Assembly (NCBI GenBank): GCA_008369845.1
Contig: MRSU01007292.1
Span: 1-35,741, forward strand
DNA: 35,741 nucleotides
Reading direction: 5' to 3'
Source of the DNA: Trichomonas gallinae
Lineage: Eukaryota
The notes below the pieces were generated by a model. That model did not search any database and had not been told where the DNA came from. It worked only from the letters and a program-made list of their open reading frames with translations. Within the stretch, counting starts at the first letter, position 1. Each line of letters opens with the position of its first letter. The translations under genes were made by a program, and so were the position numbers. Shown here piece after piece: positions 30,801-35,741 of the stretch.

Positions 30801-33800
30801 AAGCCAATTATAACATCCGATGGAACAGGAATATTAAGTTTTGTTTCATTTCCATTTTCATCTCTCCTTATTATTGGCAAAACAACTCGATTGTTTTGAT
30901 CGACTAAAGCTGTTTCTATGAATTTCGTGTAGAAATCATTATCTCTTTGTGGTGTCAATGTCCATGGCTGTTCATATTGAACTTTATTGTTCTGTTTGTA
31001 AGGCGATTTAGGAAGAGTGACTGGATTAGGAGTCCTTTTAATGTCATCATCAATTATATTGTATTTTGCTGGTGAACTGAAAGAAATTGATGGATTCTTG
31101 CTCAAAACATCAGGGGACATGAGAAAAGAATGATATGGCAAATTATTATTCGCTTGGTTTGCATTGGTTTGTCCGATTAGTGCCAAATTTTGTGGATCAA
31201 CATCAGCGGAAGGATTAATATACATTGTTGATGACCTTGACTCAGTTCTAGGAATAAATAATGGATTAGAAACATTTGATGACTTTGAATCTGTTGATGG
31301 CCTCCTAGAAGACTTTGATTCGACAGAAGATTTCCTTGATTCTGTTGATGGTCTTCTTGATTTGGAAGATGATTCAGCAGATGATTTTCTTGGTTTTTCT
31401 GTTGAAGATTTTCGTGATAATTTTGATGATGAATCAACTGATGAACTCCGTGATTTTTCTGCTGATGGTTTTCTTGATGATTTAGAAGATGACTCAACTG
31501 ATGATTTTCTGGATTCTGTAGATGGTCTTCTTGATGATTTTGAAGGTGAATCAACTGAAGAATTCCTAGATCCTTCAGTTGATGGCTTTCTTGCTGAACT
31601 TGATTTAGAGTCAACTGATGATTTTCTTGGTTCTGTTGATGGTCTTCTTGGTGATTCTGAATAAGTTGAATTCAAAGTGTGTGGCTCTTTTCTTGACGAA
31701 GATGATTTCTTTGTAGTCTTTTTAGCTTTATTTCTTGATTCGACGCTTGAATTGCGAGAACTTGAAGAGCTCTTTGCATTTCTCTTTTTAGATTTCTTCT
31801 TTGTTGATTTTTCTAATCCGGGTGAAGATTCTCCAAACGAATATGTATGAGGCGTCATCAACAAAAGTCCTGTATCAATTGATGACGGTCTGTTCCTGTC
31901 AATTGCTCTTTGAGAGGATGAATCAGAGTCGTCATCATCATCCAGATGCAGTTTTCGTCTGACAGCTTTCTTTGAAACAACAGCTTCTCCACCATATGTT
32001 TCTGGAACTTTTCTGAGTCTCCTCTTCTTTTTCTTCGGTTTGGTCAATTCTATCATTGCTTTTTCGATTGTTTGCTTTTCTGCAGCCAATAAATCTTTGT
32101 CTTCTTGCTTTATTGCTTTGAAAGGCTCTTGAGAAACAAACGAGACTTCATTAAGTGGAAGATCAGGCAAATCAACTGGCTCCCAAACTTCCTCTTCGTA
32201 TTCAGTGCCATTCGGCCTTTTGACGCGGATTTTAACTGGCTTCAATTTCAAGTTTGCATGTTTTTCTGTCATTGGTTCAAAAACTGCTTCTCTTGATAAA
32301 ACTTGTTCGGATTCACCTGTCTTTGGGTTTCTTCTGACATTCACTGTATGTATATATCTTTTGATAAGTTTTCTCTTGTATTTCTTGCAAATTTGATCTT
32401 GATTTTCAGGAGTGAGTTCTTTGTTGATTGTTTTACCATGCCTTGACACAGAAATAACTACATCGCCACTTTCATTAATCATTGAGTCTGGACAAAGTTC
32501 TTCTGATTCAACGAATTCTAATTCTCCAGTTTTTTCGTTCTTTTTATGAGTAATAACATGAATATACATATTTCTTCGCTTCTTTGGATCTTCTTTCTTT
32601 CCTTTTCGCTTCTGAACAATATAAATCACATCTTCACCAGTAGAAGGGTCAAATTTTTTATATGAATAGGCAATATCATCCAATTCACTTGATAATGGTT
32701 CTTTAACAAGCTTTGGAACTACTGAATTCGTTTTTGCATCTAAAACTAATTTGATTGCATTCAAATATGGAGAATTGTTCTCATCAAACTGAACTTCTGG
32801 TGACACAATGATCCCATCTTTTGTATCAATTGCATCATTCAGTTCTATTTCTTTATCAACAAGAGAAATTTGACCTCGCGAGTTGACTTTTTCAGTTTTA
32901 GCAACAAAAGCTCGATTTCCACGCATATTCTTTGGAAGAGAATCAATTTTAGGCAACTTTCTCACGTTTAAAGGAATTTTTGACTCAATTAAAATTTTAT
33001 CTCCTCTTGCATTCATAACTGTTGGCTTTAGTGCACGAACATATGCACTTTTGTCTGTTTCAAAGTGAACAATACCATCAGGAATTACAGTTCCGTCTTT
33101 TTTAACATTTTCTGAAGGAATTTCTTCTTGTACTTCAATAGGAATCGGATTTCCGTTCTTCTTGTGATCAATATAATGTATGTAGTTAAATATTTTCTTT
33201 TTCTTTGGCTTTTTATGCTTTTTCACTTTGATTTCGATGATTTGTTCATCATCATCTGATTTTTCAACAGAACGAGATCTAGCATTCGATTTTCTATTTT
33301 TCTTGCGTACAGTAATATATTTTTTGACCAATACAAGCTTTCTTTCGTATTCATCGCTTATTTCAGAATCAGTTGGCGAAGTCTTTGCGGAATCATCAAT
33401 GTAAAGTGTGCTACTGTCACTATCGAAGCTTCCAGAATTGTCATGTAATAAGTCAGCAGGCTCAAAAATCTCTTCTTCTTCAAGAAATTCTTGAATTTTA
33501 CCAGTTATTGGATTCATTCGTTTTTGAATCATCGTAACTGTTCTCTTATGTAGTTTCTGTCCTCGTGGCGTGCCTTCAACTGATTTTGCGCGTCGATGTT
33601 TAAGATGAGATTCGTTATTAAAAGAAGAGTATGAAATTTTCGGCGTTGGTGTTTTTGCGAACACTGAGCGTATTGGTTTTGGAATATCCGAGTAAAAATC
33701 TGTTTTCGCATTTGAATGTTTGCTTTTTGTAGATTTCTTTCTTGGAATTCGATTTTGATCAGTTGCTCTTGTAGGTTCTATTGATTTCGAACGATATTTT

Positions 33801-34147
33801 TCGACTTTTTGTTCCGAATTCTTCATTTTCCCGACATAGCGTCTAATTACTTTCCTGTGAACTTCAATTGGAGTTCCAATTGGGTAGTTCTTGTATGTTT
33901 CGTGCAATTTATAAGGAAAAACGTCAGTAAAATATATTTCTTCGACAGCCTGATGAGGTGCAGGCACTCTGTGCACATCAATGTATATAACGAAGTCTTT
34001 TATAAGCTTGATATTCCCATTTTTCGATTTTTCTTCTCGAATTTGATTTATAGTTGATAGAGAATCGTCTAAACGGCTTGTGTGCTTAATATTAAAGAGT
34101 TTATAAAATTCTGATGGAGCCAAGCTATCATCGATTTGAAGAGACAT
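18863..34147 (-). CDS. Giant (5094 aa) modular, largely low-complexity protein of unknown function
   Basis: 15.3-kb uninterrupted ORF with U-rich 3' flank. Basic N-half carries NPxTG hairpin-like repeats and RRPS/RKSS repeats; acidic C-half carries LPxLGxLP repeats and poly-Ser/acidic islands. No catalytic motif recognised. Confidence 0.9.
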   Translation of the reverse strand: MSLQIDDSLAPSEFYKLFNIKHTSRLDDSLSTINQIREEKSKNGNIKLIKDFVIYIDVHRVPAPHQAVEEIYFTDVFPYKLHETYKNYPIGTPIEVHRKVIRRYVGKMKNSEQKVEKYRSKSIEPTRATDQNRIPRKKSTKSKHSNAKTDFYSDIPKPIRSVFAKTPTPKISYSSFNNESHLKHRRAKSVEGTPRGQKLHKRTVTMIQKRMNPITGKIQEFLEEEEIFEPADLLHDNSGSFDSDSSTLYIDDSAKTSPTDSEISDEYERKLVLVKKYITVRKKNRKSNARSRSVEKSDDDEQIIEIKVKKHKKPKKKKIFNYIHYIDHKKNGNPIPIEVQEEIPSENVKKDGTVIPDGIVHFETDKSAYVRALKPTVMNARGDKILIESKIPLNVRKLPKIDSLPKNMRGNRAFVAKTEKVNSRGQISLVDKEIELNDAIDTKDGIIVSPEVQFDENNSPYLNAIKLVLDAKTNSVVPKLVKEPLSSELDDIAYSYKKFDPSTGEDVIYIVQKRKGKKEDPKKRRNMYIHVITHKKNEKTGELEFVESEELCPDSMINESGDVVISVSRHGKTINKELTPENQDQICKKYKRKLIKRYIHTVNVRRNPKTGESEQVLSREAVFEPMTEKHANLKLKPVKIRVKRPNGTEYEEEVWEPVDLPDLPLNEVSFVSQEPFKAIKQEDKDLLAAEKQTIEKAMIELTKPKKKKRRLRKVPETYGGEAVVSKKAVRRKLHLDDDDDSDSSSQRAIDRNRPSSIDTGLLLMTPHTYSFGESSPGLEKSTKKKSKKRNAKSSSSSRNSSVESRNKAKKTTKKSSSSRKEPHTLNSTYSESPRRPSTEPRKSSVDSKSSSARKPSTEGSRNSSVDSPSKSSRRPSTESRKSSVESSSKSSRKPSAEKSRSSSVDSSSKLSRKSSTEKPRKSSAESSSKSRRPSTESRKSSVESKSSRRPSTDSKSSNVSNPLFIPRTESRSSTMYINPSADVDPQNLALIGQTNANQANNNLPYHSFLMSPDVLSKNPSISFSSPAKYNIIDDDIKRTPNPVTLPKSPYKQNNKVQYEQPWTLTPQRDNDFYTKFIETALVDQNNRVVLPIIRRDENGNETKLNIPVPSDVIIGLDYIAFDPFIHRDSERKPYLIAISREHGPNGEIKNVERRVYIQDEKTQYAFDEKIPDSKRRKDGKLLVTVIKQRKSKRTGEIVDRETEEEIHEPYIATKDFITINPVIKINKTTGKRYIRVIKQKKNPKTRIIENVEAEEEVPDIPIMMESDLNIQENDVWKVSGHAFRAINRVIHSEGGLINAPCLQEVTKQKSAAKPKILRTIPVVRIRKDPVTGEKMQFTEEENIPEYAIGNSEFIAVDPTVYRRSSGKPYFRAIKHRLNPQTNQMENYECEEMINEKDLQSAPPLKIQDLPKSKSLIPLISIVRVAKNPENGELKWTTIEQEMHFQAISGLDYVCPNQCTYRDQNGRLFVQMIRQRRNPKAKRFENYERNEFIRDSGSEILHRKVIREARNEMDRPEESLIEDDNQRSDRPKFLYPAFRKRWNPYSGKFELYECKVEASSKLAESDGRFYINVIDISQALSGVMAPNVVKKELTPYNFSDFRHLNVKYVRKQEVVIHVKINPNNGYPEAYNKVETLYEPEFSTNTQSVISHLYPKRVEVTRIDHDNISQKPFEAVDKITVYEPSDSEPIISQKEVNAAKQKTNQQQQKFTTPKRNDPFELLPSPLNMFNELTGSLFADVPIKHISPVKSYSAIYMDPSVKNANKKHLRSQSQEKGKSIRRSRSSSIDNILGKEKKKSRAVSTDSHYASSSTKAPKSKNTKKAKTFSFDDELSALSDSYAKTKHISKTKSSLTPLTIPDVIVKKPRRNTSAEENKTRSKSVETKKTKSSLAKKPRNKSAESEIVSSKKPRKYSTASDAIKPKKSSSADKIKEKKSRSSSAEKPSRRSSSVDEKPDHKRRHSIDSSHKHSRRDSVDENGEKRHRYHHAKALDESVPALKLSGSSDMEIKDHHRKHRNSTDSGKHSHRSSSNSRHRHSSAENSIKTRDIDLESEEKVEEKPTKSSNASSIKVKVKKLIKKKIKITKQNSSSDDSMTSSNLTIPDAESQKVGSSGDENFKESENIDSIVPVKSSPKQAPPPPLSVPSSVHVPEQNTLDQLMEQIAKITNPEPEQQPIVTEESVDDHKEADEYEIKLDPPFIPALNNLQPPTEEEPKPKVKQVKKVIKKIKKPLARKSSEEESDNEKSKPEQKPVITEEHKKEEIEVKLDETPVYDQQVPAVDIFNPLNDKDSTIIVEDPIPSIAAMQSPPESPKSPLESTPEPENPTNEGEVKKKGVKKIIQKVVRRANSTAAEPDAATGKGKKVVRKVVMKKGRKSTADIENPEQAVERSILLDEIPENSQENSKPKSDSDSEPEIVLDGIPPEEFKKEEVPVIDASVSFPIVNSKKSSSSSSSDDEEKKSSPKSKVPPPELSLPEITPITNTDSNPMLELPHVSDLPKFNFPESERQKLSPLNGDNNEYQPFGILTELPPSDDFKFNLGMPTTIDDTNPLDDLNLNLSTPVTESVNNDLSQISSDPINNDALQIEMPKLDNLNFSLPTTTDPNNLIQSNLILALPSIDPTNNDALDGLKLDLLMPSTESTNIDALQADPLNGLNLNLSMPPVEPENNDALNLNFSLPTTTDPVPNSLIQSDLPPLDGLNLSLQQASNEPISTDLPPLGDLNLSLPTISNEPASNEVLNNDLPQLSLPPVDLSMLQLSPSLTNNDNNSIAPLPSINDLQLPPLSSLTPEKLDLDPNQMQNIDLLPLESVKNDLNKKSSSSSSDSYSEDYYRPRRSSIINLEDEGQDEMPGMSKPVDVRKESSSSSSDSDEEKENQKDEIQPLEVHFDQQPYELKRENSEKEFTKPVLMSTNEKSSVGSSDDEYRPSVNEDIADSPLKQFATNGFGKSDSEEEGNNSPKKKSSSSSSDDEKKEKTKSVVFTRRASDTSSDDDDSSERAENAITMPTLTIQNYDLGPMSDKENNPEKHFLSDKLQSLVSLEPEPEPVETFVDIEDDGISSSSSSSSSSDEELITHEKKENDEDEPISPTSTKRKGSQASPPHLDLPQIPNVSVVEEPQPAEIEEKAPEISNISINLPDLKDLSKFADDNKKLSSSSSSSSSGDEENNNNEEEEEANEIIIEKIEAAPSMPVFESLPTLDLPPLDILQANSPHASSEIIMPEMPKFGYLPALGDLAALPQLDLNLPHSDSGLAPLPSLDLQPLPLQESISSDYFKSLNNTTNNANEYILPTIHEIPTLENSNGPNLDLPPLGDLPSLEVSPNNQETDPQQLEDSPALILNEASNKSLSESTESFGDKDDFLMDSSSLSYSTSSTSSDSSSDDDEVFKEKETRSILVPENHNGTITQDSIVLEPLKDNLPPAVPLLGEEKTSQLDSLPIIDLPTLGDIPTLNPPEQKNQFITETHAITVENENKKSSSSSSSDSESQSDEQSNMLELSEIPTIDLPALGTLPSIEAEIKQDEPQPSDMPQLELNLPEIGTLPTLELPPLGDQPTTITDLPEISTVQPIEIAVEQSTKEADNHSSSSSSSSSSDSDEHDDNVENNKLTPLTEMPALEIKTDESTNQPDITVPALGNLPTLNLPALGALPTIDLPLLSDQPTTITDLPEIPTVQPIEVEQTANENHHSSSSSSNAGSDFEEYYEDDVDDGEEINTLTPLRETNDNSNQQVAAPKVDEAPKNEANSSSTSSSSSSSSDHEDSKEETPQLDALPTLDLPPLGALPPLDSPEKSKSSSSSNEKTSSFGALPPLELPHFDALPTTNVENTHNSTIETIAEIIIDAKQNQTEFKPPVFGSLPQLSLNTAPESTGSTVNLEIPKPSGGLTLNIPKLSAEGPQLKPLTLTEQKSIQGFGSLPVFNLPPLTINGTTLTSTPSIPEFGALPTLPTLGGSLPPLSLPKSQSTELKPLGSLPTLNLPNVEEKPKSSSSSDKEENALPALGELPKLDLAPLPNLPSIEVEQIEAKTTVEPPNIGLLPEVNLNNNQPASLGPHPTLDAPSIDFSVDQKKSSSSDDGEVKESNVNVEVPALGALPTLDLPPLGELPSLTTPEIKEESPEILAFPAENDDQSYSYSYYTDSDSHPPKSETQSEDILAEEQANLPPLSQMPALDLPGLSALPPLDAEAGSEKTDIPAQSVPTIDVNLSELNLSINDDEKPSLNLPEIGALLTTEAKTQQNEISAPALGVLPTLDLLPLGDLPSFNPTEVLALEVPQVDVSLPVEIDENKSSNSSDSNDSESHSTKSETQSTDIRVEEQQNPPQLNEIPALDLPGLGALPTINAEQTEITPPSVPELAENVDEKPSIDLPALSALPALNLPQIEIKNEQTETHEESVPQIGALPTLDLPPLGDLPPLNPQEIKVESASPEIPQINTAPIENDNKSSSSSSSSDSSDSEHKSEEQQNLPPLSEMPVLNLPGLGALPPIDGEKTDVAPPNAPQLDINLPSLELAANENENSVATPTINLPALGALPTLNLPQIEIKSQNIVGTSQHFSSSQHVEIMSQRVEIRQVKTTTTTKTVSQIGSLPTLDLPPLGELPAQNPPSITIITEESNNQEMPEILVENQEEPKTSENASEIALPDLGDFPPLGQLPELSVLSPNKSSSSSKGEENQSNDEEVMLNVSAPSIPQLSINNSEQAPAFGQMPKIELPPLGALPTLDINNQATKIDDENKSNNVNIPKFGELPPINLNMSPPVSTGGLTPLQNSSSNNFFELPKIEHNLGPLPTLEAPNLDNNNAQPLTIPPLGEIKMPTLNVINNDSPKMLEPLSMPTIPTLNVNNNNLTIGAQSPGLLQLGPLPQINVSQDVNQSPAGLSLGPLPGLPSINASGGLSLNLGAMPASPDLPSLPGLPLIPPATQQPAGERKRKKRLRKREKMPDFQMIPSKSESSDDEKQDMPQLPELPGLPQIPQNVAEEGNKNLVVVPDLNNPEYEYTYEVKNIYSSGSEEEQIYEIHVVEEEESENEAKKKPKKAPKVIYVVEEESSSEEEDVEVEHITTFIERDEDGNEIGRHHEVTVGGQREHHGKIVNRTRNSDGGYDYEYEAEDYSDDE
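31278..31648 (-). repeat. Coding tandem repeat, about seven 17-20 aa units (R[RK]PSTE..RKSSV[DE]S.SKSS)
   Basis: Visible in both protein and DNA (recurring GTTGATGGTCTTCTTGA / TCAACTGATGATTTTCT). Confidence 0.9.
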
Positions 34148-34370
34148 ACTTAGATCGAATTTGGTTGCTTGGGATTCAATCAGAATCTTTTAAAAATGAA
34201 ATATATTTCAGAAATTTATCGAAAAATATATGCTACATTATATATAGTCACCAAATATCAATTAAAAATGAGCTGATGAAAATTAAGAGTCGAAATTTTT
34301 CCAAATTTTGTATTATGAATTCACTAACAATAAAATAATTTTAGATTTTAAAATTAACTTTTTCCGTTAT

Positions 34371-34486
34371 GTCACTTTTCTTTTCAAAAATAGTCACTTT
34401 TCATCTCAATTTAAGTCACTTTTAATTCATTTATGTCACTTTTCGTTTCAATCAGCCCCACTTTTTCTTTGAATTGATGTCTTTTT
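34371..34486 (-). promoter_or_regulatory. Phased cluster of AAAAGTGAC motifs upstream of the giant gene
   Basis: GTCACTTTT at 34371, 34393, 34415, 34435, with degenerate copies at 34457 and 34479. Confidence 0.65.
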
Positions 34487-35590
34487 TCCGTTGAAAAAAT
34501 TGCTTTTGTTTCGTTTCAGAAAATTATTAATATTAGTATTTGCTATTCGTTCGAAAAATTCGCCTTGTTTTGGAAAAACTAAGAATCGAGCTTCTTTATT
34601 CCAATAACATCAAAATATCTGTTTTCGTACAATTTTTTTAAAAAATCTTTTTCACTTTTCAAGATGATTCTTTACATGAATCCGATTTTTGCCTGATAAA
34701 TTTTTTGTCTACTGTAAGGTTCCTATTCATCTTTACCATGACCAAAAAAAAATTATTTGACCCTATGCATTGACTGTCCATTAAATAAGTTATCACCAAA
34801 CACATTTTATCATTTTGGTTCAATATTTATATTAAACTTTATTGATAGGCACTGTTTATCCAAATAAAGATTAATCATGAATGCTACAAAGTTACTTGCT
34901 TGATTTTTATCAAAGTAATGAAAAATCTTGAATTTTTACAGCGATATTATCAATATTACTTGTAAAATGATAATATAACTAATAAAGATAAATCGCAATA
35001 CTTCTTTGTGCAAGATGGAATTTATTGAAAATCATATAGAGCTTGAAATATGACTAGCTCTCTCAAAAAGTAGCAAAATCTGGATGTAGTAATTAATCCA
35101 TTGCAGGACATTGGTTTAAGATCGAAGATCAGTAAAGAAAGCTGGTTATTCTGCATATCAAGTTGATAAAAATGCTAAGATGTCATATAAATAACCATTG
35201 TTATCGTTTTATACTTTAAATAGTTCTTTTTGGATTCATATTTTTCTTTTCTAGATTAGTTTCATAGAACTCTTTAAACACGCAATTGTTAACAATTTAA
35301 ATTCTAATTGAAAAGAATTCTGATCATACTAAGTTAAATTTATCATTAACAACTAAATCATCATGGATTAAAAAAAAAATTAAGAAATATGCCCCTATTT
35401 TGAATGTATTTGATCAAACACACAATCATATAAAGCAAATCATACCGTTATTCTCAGACTTGGTAGATCAAATATTTGATAAATTTGCGACTCGAAAAGT
35501 GCGCTAAAATTTTAGTTGTAATGTTTGAATTAAAAAAAAAAAACTAAGTTCATAAACAAAAATAAAAGAATTATACATGCATGCACGTAT

Positions 35591-35741
35591 AGTGGAAGAA
35601 TTCAGGCGCCACCTGGGGTCTGAAGGATAAATTTTCTAATTTTTGATTATCACCGTCTTACGAAATGTCCCCCGGAGGTTTGTACGTTATAAAAAAGCTC
35701 ACTTTTTCGGCCTCGGTCATTGTTATCGCCGCTGTTCTCAA
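35591..35741. mobile_element. Possible transposon terminus (GC-richer segment starting AGTGG...) running off the window
   Basis: Abrupt rise in GC after AT-rich DNA, no ORF, internal hairpin TTCAGGCGCC-ACCT-GGGGTCTGAA (35601-35624). An AGT start is compatible with Maverick/Polinton TIRs but is not diagnostic. Confidence 0.3.

Noticed and set aside
18947..34057. Many antisense or alternate-frame ORFs inside the giant gene (e.g. 26703..27338, 31164..31664, 31177..31614)
   Set aside because: Shadow ORFs expected from repetitive, biased codons; low-complexity translations with no motifs.
34870..35510. Possible pseudogene in the ORF-free right flank
   Set aside because: The frames I translated are interrupted by many stops and show no recognisable protein motif.
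35661..35676. GAAATGTCCCCCGG resembling the RNase MRP CR-I motif (GAAAGUCCCCGG)
   Set aside because: Imperfect match, no GARAR hairpin after it, and the window ends before a partner CR-V could be checked.

Overview
AT-rich, gene-dense eukaryotic DNA with no introns that I can detect. It looks like Trichomonas vaginalis or a close parabasalid; this is an inference from long uninterrupted eukaryotic ORFs, AAAGTGAC/TCACTTT promoter motifs and TAAA stop/polyA signals. Genes in order: a GDA1/CD39 ecto-NTPDase, a Yak1/DYRK-type kinase, two tandem F5/8-type-C (discoidin-like) paralogs, a full-length TOR kinase, a centrin, a VPS9-like protein, a membrane-anchored papain-family protease, an unknown 68-aa small ORF, an Ulp1/SENP SUMO-type protease, and a 5094-aa modular low-complexity protein. 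Both window ends look like transposon termini. The most unusual non-coding element is an exactly 45-bp-phased array of four palindromes with variable cores (17658-17825), lying between the divergent small ORF and Ulp1 genes. Also notable are phased TGAC and GTCACTTT motif arrays in intergenic DNA. No CRISPR-cas, rRNA or tRNA is evident. All family calls come from motif recognition by eye, not from database searches.
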